Notes: generated from the letters alone by a model not told the origin. Shown: positions 18,420-28,408, counted from the stretch's first letter. The stretch is DNA of 64,000 nt from an uncultured Candidatus Saccharibacteria bacterium (GCA_964540855.1 CAZIOI010000001.1:7081-71080); one strand, 5' to 3'. Numbers and translations are program-made.

Positions 18420-20681
18420 TTAGTCCCTTAATTTCGCATTAAATTTTTTTGAAATTGCCTCGATAATTTTTGTAATCTGTCCATCAGCCTCAGCATCCGA
18501 CAAGGTTTTTTCGACATCTTGAAAATAGATATGAAAAGCTACAGACTTTTTGTTTTCGCCGAACTTGTCCGAAACAAACTCATCAAACAATTCTACCAAC
18601 AAAACATTATTGCTCGTTTGATAAATCGCCTCGGCTACAGCTTCATTTTTATGATCTGTGTCCATAACAAACGCCAAATCTCGGCTGATTGGCGGAAATT
18701 TTGAAACTTCGCGATACTTAATCGTTCGATCAATCGTCTTAAAATCCGCGTCTGCCTTATTGTTTCGCATCGCGCTAACCAGCAAAGCACAATCTAGCTC
18801 CGCAACAAAAACGCTTGATTTTTTGACTTTGTAGCGTGTCAAATCATCGCGCGAAAATTCTTTAATTTTAAAGTCTTTCTCGGGTAAGCCTGTTTTTTCA
18901 CAGATATTTTCGACACATTTTTCGATTTCTGTCCTAGCGGATTTTCCGGATGAGAGGATCGCAATATGCGTCTTTTCTTCGGACGTTGAAAATACATTAC
19001 CGAATTCAAAAATCAAAATCGGGTCAAAGATAGGATTTTTAGCGACTGCTCTGACCAGCCCCACCGCCAAAGAATTTCTCATATATTTGTTTTCTTTCTG
19101 AATGGGATTTGCAACTTCGAGCAAGTCCTCCTGTTTTAATCCAAGTGACTTAGCATCGGCTTCGGACAAAAATGGATATGAAAACACCTCACAAAAACCA
19201 TTGTCAACCAAGACATCCTTGAGACATTCCTTGAAATAAAAATCCGAATTTTTTGGCGCCGATAAAGCGGGCATTTCAACCATCGGAATATTTTCAAAAC
19301 CCATCATTCTGGCTATTTCCTCAGCCAAGTCCTGCCAAACAAAGACATCATGGCGATAGCTCGGCGGCACGGCCATTTCTGCTTTGATAACAAATCCAAG
19401 ACTTATAAGATATTGATCAATCTTTTCGCGCTCAAGTGCTGTACCCAAAAGTTCGTTTATTTTTTCGTATTCAATTTTTACAAAATCATTTTTTTGCTCG
19501 ACTGCGATATCAATGGTTTCATCGATTATTTCGCCTCCGGCGATATCGCAAATCATCTTGGCTGCTTTACGCATCGCCTCAACCGTCAGCTCGGCGTCAA
19601 TACCGCGCTCAAATCTATAGCTTGCATCGCTGACCAACCGCAACATTTTTGCGGTTCGACGGACTGATTTGCGTTCAAACACGGCCGATTCCAAAATAAT
19701 CTCTTTCGTCTCATTTGATATTGCACTGTCCGCGCCACCCATCACTCCGGCGACCGCCAAAGCTTTTTTGCTGTCGGCGATCACAAGCATTTGCTGGTCC
19801 AGGGTTCGCAAAGCGCCGTCAATAGTTGTCAGCTTCTCGCCGTCATTTGCCGTGCGGACAATGATTTTATCTTCAACAATTTTAGCTTTATCAAATGCGT
19901 GAAGGGGCTGACCCAAATCCATCATTATATAATTTGTAATATCGACGACATTGTTAATCGGCTTCAAGCCAACGGCTACCAGACGCTTTGCCAGCCAGTC
20001 AGGCGAAGGAGCAATTTTAACCGAACGAATAACCGTGCCGGCATATGCAAAGCAATTTTGGGGCGATTGAATTTCGATCTTTAATTTGTTTGTTGGCTTG
20101 TTTTTTGCGTCATCTGAAAAACCGGACGCGAACTTTATCTTTTTGCCAGTCAAGGCCGCAACCTCTCGAGCCACGCCAAGATGCGAGAGGCAATCTCCTC
20201 TATTTGGAGTGATCTCGAGTTCAAAAACAGAATCCGAATTCAAATATTTGCATAGCGATTCTCCAAGCGCATATTCGTCGGGTAGAATATAAATTCCCTC
20301 GTGACTGTCGCCTAAGCCCAGTTCCCGTTCGCTGCAAAGCATACCGAAAGATTTTTCGCCTCTGATTTGTGCCTCTTGAATTTCAATATCACCCAACTTG
20401 GCGCCAATCGTCGCTAACGGCACAATTTGACCCGGTTGGATGTTTGGGGCGCCACAGACAATAGCATATTCTTTTTGACCATCGGTTACGCGAGCCAATC
20501 TCAATCTATCGGCATTCGGGTGCGGTTTTACCTCGAGAATTTTTGCGACAATTACCCGCGGATCGAGACCTTTTGTGACATTTTCGACCAGCGTCCCCGA
20601 AAAAGTAAGCAGATCGTCCAGTTCTTGATCCGTCTGATTTATATCGACATAGTCTTTTAGCCAACTTTTTAAAATTTTCAT
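18420..20681 (-). CDS. pheT: Phenylalanine-tRNA ligase beta subunit
   Basis: HPNADRL, VCGAPN, ITPNRGD, NNVVDITNY, RFERG, C-terminal FDX-ACB domain. Confidence 0.97.
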   Translation of the reverse strand: MKILKSWLKDYVDINQTDQELDDLLTFSGTLVENVTKGLDPRVIVAKILEVKPHPNADRLRLARVTDGQKEYAIVCGAPNIQPGQIVPLATIGAKLGDIEIQEAQIRGEKSFGMLCSERELGLGDSHEGIYILPDEYALGESLCKYLNSDSVFELEITPNRGDCLSHLGVAREVAALTGKKIKFASGFSDDAKNKPTNKLKIEIQSPQNCFAYAGTVIRSVKIAPSPDWLAKRLVAVGLKPINNVVDITNYIMMDLGQPLHAFDKAKIVEDKIIVRTANDGEKLTTIDGALRTLDQQMLVIADSKKALAVAGVMGGADSAISNETKEIILESAVFERKSVRRTAKMLRLVSDASYRFERGIDAELTVEAMRKAAKMICDIAGGEIIDETIDIAVEQKNDFVKIEYEKINELLGTALEREKIDQYLISLGFVIKAEMAVPPSYRHDVFVWQDLAEEIARMMGFENIPMVEMPALSAPKNSDFYFKECLKDVLVDNGFCEVFSYPFLSEADAKSLGLKQEDLLEVANPIQKENKYMRNSLAVGLVRAVAKNPIFDPILIFEFGNVFSTSEEKTHIAILSSGKSARTEIEKCVENICEKTGLPEKDFKIKEFSRDDLTRYKVKKSSVFVAELDCALLVSAMRNNKADADFKTIDRTIKYREVSKFPPISRDLAFVMDTDHKNEAVAEAIYQTSNNVLLVELFDEFVSDKFGENKKSVAFHIYFQDVEKTLSDAEADGQITKIIEAISKKFNAKLRD

Positions 20682-20682
20682 A

Positions 20683-21363
20683 TTAAAACTGCTTTAAAAA
20701 TCTTAAATCTCCCGATCTGAACAATCGAATTTCATTGACGCCGTGTTTGATCATAACCGCCCGCTCAAGCCCGGGACCAAAGGCGTAGCCGGAATACTTG
20801 TCGGGATCAAGACCCATATTAGAAATAACCTGAGGGTGAACCATTCCCGCGCCGCCAAGCTCAAACCAACGAGCGCGAAATTTCATCTCGAACTCAATCG
20901 ACGGCTCCGTAAATGGAAAATGATGCGGTCTGAAACGCATTTTTGTATTTGGTCCGAAGAGTTCTTTGTACAACTCCTCCAGAACCCAAAATAGCTGTCC
21001 CATTTTCACCTTTTCGTCAACATAGAGACCCTCTAGCTGATAAAACGCCGCTTCATGGCCGGCATCCGTGGCTTCGTTGCGATAGCAAAGACCCGGGACA
21101 ATAACCTTAATAGGCGGTTTTTTGTCCTCGCCGTAACGGACTTGAGAGTTTGAAGTCTGAGTTCTAAGCAGCCGTCCATCTTTGAGCCAAAATGTATCCT
21201 GTACATCGCGCGAAGGATGGTCTGAAGCAACATTTAGCGCATCGAAGTTATACCACTCTGTGTCAACCTCGGGGCCCTCATACACATCGAAACCATAAGT
21301 TTCAAAAAATCTAACCGCCTGACGAATTAACTGAGTTGTTGGATGAAGATGACCTTTTTGCAT
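20683..21363 (-). CDS. pheS: Phenylalanine-tRNA ligase alpha subunit (short, no N-terminal arm)
   Basis: GHLHP, NFDALN..DHPSR..QDTF, FPFTEPS, GLER. Confidence 0.96.
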   Translation of the reverse strand: MQKGHLHPTTQLIRQAVRFFETYGFDVYEGPEVDTEWYNFDALNVASDHPSRDVQDTFWLKDGRLLRTQTSNSQVRYGEDKKPPIKVIVPGLCYRNEATDAGHEAAFYQLEGLYVDEKVKMGQLFWVLEELYKELFGPNTKMRFRPHHFPFTEPSIEFEMKFRARWFELGGAGMVHPQVISNMGLDPDKYSGYAFGPGLERAVMIKHGVNEIRLFRSGDLRFLKQF

Positions 21364-21366
21364 AAC

Positions 21367-22662
21367 TTATCTCTTGTTATATCCTAACCTTTCAAGCTCC
21401 TGTTTGACAACCTTTTTTTCAATCCACGGCAAATGTTTCTCGCCTACAACACGAAATTCTTGAGCACCCATACCGGTAATCACAACAAGATCGTTTCTAC
21501 CGGCAAGAGTGAGCGCCTTGGCAATAGCTTTGCGGCGATCCATAATCTTAAAAAAGTTTTCATTTTCTTTTATTTTATTTTTCGTCTTATCCGAGATAAC
21601 GCCGGAGGCAACCTGCTCGATTATCTCAATCGGATCTTCGCTATAAGGCTCCTCATCGGTCACAACAACGAGGTCGGCGTATCGAGCAGCCAGCGACCCC
21701 ATAATCGGTCTCTTAGACTTGTCACGATCGCCGCAAGCGCCCAAAACAGCGATCATTTTACCTTTTAGAGTTTTTGTCAACTCGTCATAGACCTTTTGCA
21801 GAGCATCCGGTGTATGAGCATAATCAATGATTACCGTGAAATCTTGTCCGGCATCGACTTTTTCCATTCTTCCCGGAACCGATTTGATGTCCTCGAGACC
21901 GTTTTTGATCGTTTCGGGTGAGATACCAAGACCGGTCGCGACCGAGGCGGCACAAAGAGCGTTGGAAATATTAAACATTCCGGGCAACTTGAGGTTGACT
22001 GTTATCTGAACACTGGGAAGAACAATTGTAAAAGTCGAACCTTTTTCATCTATTAAAATTTTTCTCGCGACCACATCGGCTCGCGATTCCACCGAGTAGC
22101 CGATGTGTCTGCCAGCCGGATTTGAAAGAAACTTCAAACCGTTCGGGTCGTCGAGGTTGGCAACCGCTAATTTCGGTTTGTTGGAAAATAATTTTAGTTT
22201 TTCACCCAAATAGACTTCAAACGTCCCATGATAATCAAGATGATCGTGGGTCACATTTGTCATTGCAACCGCATAATATGTTATGCCGTAATTTCTGAAC
22301 TGGCTGATTGCGTGAGTGGTCGTCTCAACTATCGCGTATTCACAACTGGCAGCGGCCATTTGGCGCAATAGTGATTGCAGCTTAAACGCACTCAATGTTG
22401 TCATGTTGGTAGCGTTGGACCATACCTTCTTGTCAACCTTGAAAGTTGTGGTAGTCGCCATCCCGACTTTTGCGCCGGAAGATTCCAGAATACTGGCTAT
22501 CAGATGGCAAGTTGTGGTTTTGCCGTTTGTTCCGGTGACACCGATTATTTTCATTTTACGGCTCGGCTGGCCATAAATGTAATGCGCTGAGACACCACGC
22601 AGCCTGTGCGAGAATGGCACAAGAGCGGGAAATTTTTGTTTAAGTGTTTTTTTGACTGACAT
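21367..22662 (-). CDS. murE: UDP-MurNAc-dipeptide ligase MurE
   Basis: GVTGTNGKTT, TNVTHDHLDYH, VPGRME, DYAHTPD, GDRD..KR. Confidence 0.92.
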   Translation of the reverse strand: MSVKKTLKQKFPALVPFSHRLRGVSAHYIYGQPSRKMKIIGVTGTNGKTTTCHLIASILESSGAKVGMATTTTFKVDKKVWSNATNMTTLSAFKLQSLLRQMAAASCEYAIVETTTHAISQFRNYGITYYAVAMTNVTHDHLDYHGTFEVYLGEKLKLFSNKPKLAVANLDDPNGLKFLSNPAGRHIGYSVESRADVVARKILIDEKGSTFTIVLPSVQITVNLKLPGMFNISNALCAASVATGLGISPETIKNGLEDIKSVPGRMEKVDAGQDFTVIIDYAHTPDALQKVYDELTKTLKGKMIAVLGACGDRDKSKRPIMGSLAARYADLVVVTDEEPYSEDPIEIIEQVASGVISDKTKNKIKENENFFKIMDRRKAIAKALTLAGRNDLVVITGMGAQEFRVVGEKHLPWIEKKVVKQELERLGYNKR

Positions 22663-22667
22663 TTTAT

Positions 22668-23570
22668 TTATTTTCTTCGCATTTTTTCGGCGAGTTTAAA
22701 CACACTATAAGCGGATTTCTTTCCGATCAAATCGAAGCTACCTGCAATCTCGACCGCTTCGCCGCCAAATTGCTCCTTGAACCTCGTAACGCCCGCCCAT
22801 TTGCCGGAATTTCCCGGTTCGTCGCGGCCGATCATATCGTATGCGCCGCATCCGCGAGATTTTGCGTCTTTGATGATTTGCCAATGCATCAAATAAGGAG
22901 CCATAACCTCCTTATGCCTCCTTGATGATCCGCCATATAGATAGCTTGCGACACCGCTATAAAAACTCACTACGGCGGAAGCGATAGCTTCGCCGTCGCA
23001 AGAAGCAGTGTAGATCTCAAGATAATCCGTATCGGAAAACTTGTCAACCATATTTTCAAAGTATTCTCGACTTCGCCCCGTGATCTTTTCGCGTTCGACC
23101 GTCTGGTTATAAAGATCGTGAAAAGTTTTGATGTCTTTTCGATCACGACCCGTGGTCACTTTGACGCCCTTTCGCTCGGCAAGCCTAACGTTGTAACGGC
23201 CTTTCGGGTGCATTTTCGAGATAATTTCTTGTTCCTCCGACGAAATATTAATAATTTGGCGCCATTTGGGCTGAACTTGCTCAAAGGCCCTGACAAAGCC
23301 GGCTGAGAGCATTTTTTTGGCGATTTGTTCGCTCCCCGGATTGATGATTTCTGCTCTGACAAAAATGCAATTGTTTTCGCTCATCAATTGCTTTATCCAA
23401 TTTATCAAGCGCTCATTTACGAGTTTGAAATCAACTTCCGGAATATATAAAAAAGATTGCGATAACGGGAGATTTCTTTTGTGGATATAAACCCCCGAAT
23501 TTTCAAAAACTTCCCATCCGGTAGATTTTTTAAAATTCGCCCATTGGCTAGTTTGCAAGATTGATTTCAC
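22668..23570 (-). CDS. FemAB/FemX family peptidoglycan bridge aminoacyltransferase
   Basis: ILQT..WA.FK, RYNVRLA..KGV, YLYGGS, GVTRFKEQFGG. Confidence 0.88.
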   Translation of the reverse strand: MKSILQTSQWANFKKSTGWEVFENSGVYIHKRNLPLSQSFLYIPEVDFKLVNERLINWIKQLMSENNCIFVRAEIINPGSEQIAKKMLSAGFVRAFEQVQPKWRQIINISSEEQEIISKMHPKGRYNVRLAERKGVKVTTGRDRKDIKTFHDLYNQTVEREKITGRSREYFENMVDKFSDTDYLEIYTASCDGEAIASAVVSFYSGVASYLYGGSSRRHKEVMAPYLMHWQIIKDAKSRGCGAYDMIGRDEPGNSGKWAGVTRFKEQFGGEAVEIAGSFDLIGKKSAYSVFKLAEKMRRK

Positions 23571-23653
23571 AAGTCAAGCTTAACACAATTACAGGTTAAA
23601 TGACATGGTACCGCTCTAGTAAAAAAGATGTCAAAATGCTAGTATGTCTTGCT

Positions 23654-23794
23654 ATGAACAAAAAAATCATATTAGCGATAGAATCAAGTTGTGACCCCAC
23701 ATCGCAGCTTACTGTAAAACGGGCTTCGCCCTGTTATTACAGTGCGCCGGATAGCGGGGCAAGCGAGACAGATTGTTATTGTTATGGAAAGTAA
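23654..23794 (+). pseudogene. Vestigial duplicate of tsaD 5' end interrupted by a 69-bp palindromic insertion
   Basis: MNKKIILAIESSCD-[23-codon insert]-ET then stop; intact copy MESKTILAVESSCDET starts at 23784. Confidence 0.75.
23693..23764 (+). repeat. Palindromic element GACCCCAC.TCGC...GCGGGGCA with internal hairpin cargo
   Basis: Ends match the reverse complement of 46486-46535; inner stems ACTGTAA/TTACAGT and GGGC-TTC-GCCC. Confidence 0.7.
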
Positions 23795-24860
23795 AACTAT
23801 ATTAGCAGTAGAATCAAGTTGTGACGAAACCGCCGCGGCGGTTGTTCGTGTTGGCGAAGGCAAATCGGGATATGATTTTGAAGTCGTCTCAAATGTTGTT
23901 GCCAGCCAAATAGACCTGCACAAAAAATGGGGCGGCGTCTATCCCGAGTTGGCATCCAGAGCCCACCTTGAAGCGATGATTCCGGTTTTGACCGAGGCGA
24001 TTGAGCCGCTTGGCGATGGTTTCAAAGGATTAGAAAAAATTGATGCTATAGCTGTAACTGCCGGCCCGGGCTTGATCGGGTCTTTGCTTATGGGATTCGA
24101 GGCAGCCAAGATAATTTGCGCCTTATATAAAAAACCGCTTATTGCAGTTAATCACCTCGAAGGACATATATACACCTCATTTGCCCACAAAGAAAAGTTC
24201 TTGGTGCCAAAGGACGCGATCTTTCCTTGTATTGCTCTGATTGTATCCGGCGGTCACACGAGTCTCGTGCTGATCAGAGACCACCTGCAATATAAAAACG
24301 TTGGCGAGACAATTGATGATGCCGCCGGCGAGGCCTTCGACAAGGTCGCGCGTATTTTAGATCTCGGCTATCCCGGCGGGCCGGTCGTAGAAAATTTGGC
24401 AAGCCAAGGCGACGACAGCGCTTATGATCTACCTCTGTCAATGCTTAGCTCAAAAGACCTAAATTTCTCCTTTTCCGGTCTTAAGACAGCCGTTTTATAT
24501 AAAACAAAAAATCCCGCAACCGGGGAGAAAAGAGAATTTGATCGCGCCGGCCTTGCGGCAAGTTTTCAAAAAACCGTCAGCAAAATCTTGACGCAAAAAA
24601 CCATCAAAGCGATTAACGCCCACAACGCTAAAACAGTCATCTTGTCGGGTGGAGTAAGCGCCAATGGCTATTTGCGATCATACTTTCAAGAACAAATATC
24701 TAAAGACACAAAAGCAAAAATCTTAATACCGCCGAAAAATCTTTCGACCGATAATGCGTTGGGTATAGCGGTCGCCGGCGCACTACGTCATTTGAGAAAA
24801 CAAGACAATCCGGTTTGTAAATCGGCTAAACCAAACTGGAAAATCGACGAGAACTATTGA
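23784..24860 (+). CDS. tsaD: tRNA N6-threonylcarbamoyltransferase TsaD
   Basis: ESSCDET, GGVYPELASRAH, GPGL, HLEGH, SGGHT, DDAAGEAFDK, FSFSGLKT, TDNA. Confidence 0.97.
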   Translation: MESKTILAVESSCDETAAAVVRVGEGKSGYDFEVVSNVVASQIDLHKKWGGVYPELASRAHLEAMIPVLTEAIEPLGDGFKGLEKIDAIAVTAGPGLIGSLLMGFEAAKIICALYKKPLIAVNHLEGHIYTSFAHKEKFLVPKDAIFPCIALIVSGGHTSLVLIRDHLQYKNVGETIDDAAGEAFDKVARILDLGYPGGPVVENLASQGDDSAYDLPLSMLSSKDLNFSFSGLKTAVLYKTKNPATGEKREFDRAGLAASFQKTVSKILTQKTIKAINAHNAKTVILSGGVSANGYLRSYFQEQISKDTKAKILIPPKNLSTDNALGIAVAGALRHLRKQDNPVCKSAKPNWKIDENY

Positions 24861-24926
24861 TTTTAGAGTAAAAATAGCATACGATCTCGTGTCGCTTGGT
24901 TTTCCAAGTGATTAATACAGAGGGGG
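24857..24926 (+). promoter_or_regulatory. Cassette 2 promoter, TCGTG box, 5' hairpin and RBS
   Basis: TTGATT-17-TACGAT-c-TCGTG-TCGCTTGG-TTTT-CCAAGTGA-TTAATAC-AGAGGGGG. Confidence 0.6.
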
Positions 24927-24934
24927 TCGAAGAT

Positions 24935-25414
24935 ATGTGCAAGCCAGAACAGATCAAGATTCCACCGGCAAGCCTCATTTACGCACTAGGCATTGCCATC
25001 GCTGTGGGTGTTTTTGTGGGGCCAATCCTACTCGCAAGACAACCAACTAGCTCCACCGAGATTGCGAGCAGGACGAGGGACATCCAGGTCGGCGCCGTAG
25101 AGGCTGAGGAAGCGCGTCCAGACCAGGCCGTTGCCGTCCTCGACGACCCCTCAGGCCTCGGTCTCTTCCAGCTCAAGCTGGAGGGAGACGATTTCGAGCA
25201 GGTTGCAACCCTTGTGATGAGCGAGGGGTGCAAGTTCCGCGGCTGTCAGATGTTAGTTGGCCACGACAGCTGCCTGGTTTACGTTTGTACAGTCGAGCGC
25301 GACGCACGACTGTACGTGGTGCCGTTGCAAGGGAAGCAGCGGTTTCCCCACAACGGACGGTGGCATTGGATGGGGATCATCGCGCTAGTGACCCCCGTCC
25401 CCACCTCCGGCTGA
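24935..25414 (+). CDS. GC-rich ORFan (159 aa) with N-terminal TM helix, cassette 2
   Basis: ATG 24935 after GAGGGGG; hydrophobic LIYALGIAIAVGVFVGPILL. Confidence 0.65.
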   Translation: MCKPEQIKIPPASLIYALGIAIAVGVFVGPILLARQPTSSTEIASRTRDIQVGAVEAEEARPDQAVAVLDDPSGLGLFQLKLEGDDFEQVATLVMSEGCKFRGCQMLVGHDSCLVYVCTVERDARLYVVPLQGKQRFPHNGRWHWMGIIALVTPVPTSG

Positions 25415-25418
25415 CACC

Positions 25419-25454
25419 GTGCCCCGCCGACTGCACATGCGATCGGTGGGGCAC
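25419..25454 (+). terminator. GC hairpin ending cassette 2
   Basis: GTGCCCCGCCGA...TCGGTGGGGCAC; shares GCCCCGCCGA with cassette 1 hairpin. Confidence 0.65.
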
Positions 25455-25457
25455 CAC

Positions 25458-26336
25458 CTACATTAGACTTTTTAAATTAGTTCCCGGATTTATTCTATAT
25501 CGTGGAATCTCAAACGGTTCGTTTGTCGAAAATGGCTTGCCTTTTTGTGTCGTCACAGCAATCTTATAGCCAGCTTCGCTAGCCAGCTTTTTCGTTTCAG
25601 CGGAAAATTTCCCTGCCGGATAACAAAATGAATAGATTTGTTGTCCGGACAAGTCTTCAAGAGCTTTTTTTGAGTCAGCCAGCTCCGCCCTCGCCCGATC
25701 GGCATTTAATTGATCCATATTCAGATGAGCCACTGAATGACTGGCAATCTCGTTTGAGCCACTAGCGAGTACCTTTATTTGATCCTCGTTCATATATTCG
25801 TTCTGCCCAATTTTGCCGGAAATTATAAAAAATGTACCCTGCATTTCATATTTTTGCATTGCGTTCCATGCATAGTCAAAGTTGTCCGAATATCCATCGT
25901 CAAAAGTCAAAACAACCACGCGGCTCGTATCCTCGCCGCGCGCCACCATTTCATAAAGCTTCTTGAGTGTGACCACAATATATTGGTTGTCCTTTAGATA
26001 TTTAAGCTGCGAGTCAAAATTCTCTACAGAAACAGTCAATCCTTTTCTGATATCATCCGCATTTTCAGGCAACGGCCCAACATGGTGGTACATCAAAATT
26101 TTGGCCAAAATCGTCTGATTTTCGGGCCAAGCGAGGTCTGAAAGAGGAGTCTCTTGCTCAACAGCTGACAATGAAGCCATTGGGCTGGAAACGACTAAAT
26201 TAGTATCCGGCGCTTTGCTTTTCCTGGGTAAAACAACAAGGGCCAAGATAACAACCAAAATAAAAAGATACAAAAACCTGCGGCTAATTCTTCTGGTCTT
26301 GTTTTGGCTACGCGGTTTATATGATTTTATATTCAT
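25458..26336 (-). CDS. Polysaccharide deacetylase (NodB/CE4), membrane anchored
   Basis: ILMYHHV, LTFDDGY, SHSVAH, FCYPAG. Confidence 0.92.
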   Translation of the reverse strand: MNIKSYKPRSQNKTRRISRRFLYLFILVVILALVVLPRKSKAPDTNLVVSSPMASLSAVEQETPLSDLAWPENQTILAKILMYHHVGPLPENADDIRKGLTVSVENFDSQLKYLKDNQYIVVTLKKLYEMVARGEDTSRVVVLTFDDGYSDNFDYAWNAMQKYEMQGTFFIISGKIGQNEYMNEDQIKVLASGSNEIASHSVAHLNMDQLNADRARAELADSKKALEDLSGQQIYSFCYPAGKFSAETKKLASEAGYKIAVTTQKGKPFSTNEPFEIPRYRINPGTNLKSLM

Positions 26337-28169
26337 CTACTGTGCCGGCGTTGTTTGTTGATCGGTCACTTGCGGACCACGAAGATACTTAGCCGGCCAT
26401 GCTACATATGAAGACAAGAACTTCTGTTCATTGGTTTTCCCATCCTTTGTAACCCTGTAGTAGAAAACAGCTTTTGCGCCTGCATGCGCCCTATCTATTC
26501 GCTTAACCTCGCCTGCGGCGAGACCCGGATCATCAATGTATATATCGGCCGGCGGCTCGGTAATGTCATACACATACGGGTCAGTAATTTCGACTGACCG
26601 ACCATCCTTTGTGCCATAAATATCAAAAGTTATTTTAGTTCCTTCGACCCGGCCCTGGATTAAGATATAGCCGGAATAGTCATTTTTAAATTTAAAATCC
26701 GGTTTTGGCGAATAAATTGTAGCGTCCATCCCAACCGGCGGCTCATAATAACTCACGCGATAAGAGTGATTGTGTCTTTCGGTAACTTCCATGCCGGCGT
26801 TCATCACCGATCTAAAAAGCGTAGTTGAGACCTGACACAGGCCGCCACCAAATTCGGGAATTGTTTGGTTATCCTTGATGACCAATTCTTGCAAATATCC
26901 GCTACTGCCGTCTATTGCGCCCAGATGAGAAATGGTAGAAAATTCTTCGTCCGGTTTGACCAAAGTGCCGGAAATAAATCCTACCCCGGTTTTGATATTT
27001 TGAATACGGTTAGAAGGGCTACCGGAAAAACTTGTCGTCGCCGTACCAATAAGCTCCTTAATAGCATATTTTTCAATATCCGAGACATCATCCGCCGAGA
27101 TAGTCGCCTTCTTGACCTCTGTCGGCAACTCAATTTTTTTTTGCTCTCCCGCCTCGAGCGCTGCAACAATTTGTTTTACGGCATCATCGGTTTTTACAAC
27201 TTTTCCATCCGAAGAAGCCTGCAAAATCGAGACTTTACCGTCCGTTATAGTAAATTTCGCGTCTACCGCATCAATATTAACGCGGTCAGCTTCGTCATCT
27301 AAAACTTCCCTGATTTCATCTTCATTAAACGAAACGTACGCCTCGGAATACTCGCTCTTGGTTCCAAAAAGACCTTTTTTAGATTGAACCGTTTTTTTAA
27401 GCTTTATCATCAGCCCAAGCTCCGATGGTGACAGTTTAATTTCACCCTCAGGGGCAACAAGTGTAACCCCTTCGGATGTCAATTCTTTTGCTCTGTCTGA
27501 AAGCGCCTCGGCTTCGCTATGAGATATAATCGCATTATCATCCGTCAGTTCCAGCGTGATCGCGTCTTTATTTTTTAGAGCAAAAGTATCCTCAATTACA
27601 CTTGTGAGCTTTTCGAGATCAATTGTCTTGCCTGCTTCAGGTTCTATAACTTGTAATGCTCCATTTTTGATCTGAAGATTTGCCTCCTTTTTCGGCGTGC
27701 CTATCTCGCCATTTATTGAGCTGACCCAATCCTCAATCTTTTTTTCATCAAATTCATATTTGAGAGCAAAATTCTGCCGCGAAAATATGCGACGAACGAG
27801 CGGCCAGATATTTTTATACCACCTGCCTTGATGCCCAACGGCAAAAACTTCGTCTGCTTGATCTCCATGTGCTTTCCAGCTGGCTGATTCTAGCGTCATA
27901 TCCCAAGTCTTGTCTTCAAATTTGAGTATGATTTTATTTTGTTTGTTTGTCTCGAAAATCTGAGCTAGGCTGGATGACAAATCCTGTTTTGACAAACCGG
28001 AAATATCCTGCGAAACAATAAACGATTTCGGTAAAACCTTTTGATCAAACTCAATATAATATGCAATGAATGCCGCGACCAAAACAACAAAAGCCAACAA
28101 AAAAACGATCAGAGCGTTCTTCGCATTTGCCCTAATTTTTTTTAGTAAATTCCTTTTAGTCATCCTCAC
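26337..28169 (-). CDS. VanW-family protein with peptidoglycan-binding repeats (YoaR-like)
   Basis: N-terminal TM; NRIQNI, GGGLCQVSTTLF, ERHNHS, GMDATIY. Confidence 0.9.
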   Translation of the reverse strand: MRMTKRNLLKKIRANAKNALIVFLLAFVVLVAAFIAYYIEFDQKVLPKSFIVSQDISGLSKQDLSSSLAQIFETNKQNKIILKFEDKTWDMTLESASWKAHGDQADEVFAVGHQGRWYKNIWPLVRRIFSRQNFALKYEFDEKKIEDWVSSINGEIGTPKKEANLQIKNGALQVIEPEAGKTIDLEKLTSVIEDTFALKNKDAITLELTDDNAIISHSEAEALSDRAKELTSEGVTLVAPEGEIKLSPSELGLMIKLKKTVQSKKGLFGTKSEYSEAYVSFNEDEIREVLDDEADRVNIDAVDAKFTITDGKVSILQASSDGKVVKTDDAVKQIVAALEAGEQKKIELPTEVKKATISADDVSDIEKYAIKELIGTATTSFSGSPSNRIQNIKTGVGFISGTLVKPDEEFSTISHLGAIDGSSGYLQELVIKDNQTIPEFGGGLCQVSTTLFRSVMNAGMEVTERHNHSYRVSYYEPPVGMDATIYSPKPDFKFKNDYSGYILIQGRVEGTKITFDIYGTKDGRSVEITDPYVYDITEPPADIYIDDPGLAAGEVKRIDRAHAGAKAVFYYRVTKDGKTNEQKFLSSYVAWPAKYLRGPQVTDQQTTPAQ

Positions 28170-28408
28170 TTTTCTAATATCTCTTCCAGGACAGCTTGTG
28201 CTACATCTTCCTTATTTTTTTGTAATTCGCTTTCTGAAAGCAGGTTGAGATAAACAATATCACCCTTATTTATATCGGAAGGCAGAAATTTCGGATGAAT
28301 CGATATTTGTTGATCATCCGGCAAAGCCAATACAGCTTGAGTTGACGATATTCCGGACACCTTGAGCCTAAGCGGTTTCTCGCTTGTTAAAAGCGAAGGA
28401 TTTATCAT
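28166..28408 (-). CDS. Small hypothetical protein (DUF3006-like)
   Basis: FLP.DI..GD.V pattern, C-terminal helix; operonic overlap. Confidence 0.55.
   Translation of the reverse strand: MINPSLLTSEKPLRLKVSGISSTQAVLALPDDQQISIHPKFLPSDINKGDIVYLNLLSESELQKNKEDVAQAVLEEILEK

Noticed and set aside
18369-18420. Integron attC sites at cassette ends
   Set aside because: No paired RYYYAAC/GTTRRRY boxes, the cassettes are solitary with their own promoters, and no integrase is seen.
23600-23794. 64-aa ORF as an independent gene, and the 23742 start for tsaD
   Set aside because: Explained by the tsaD 5' duplicate plus insertion; tsaD homology begins at ATG 23784.
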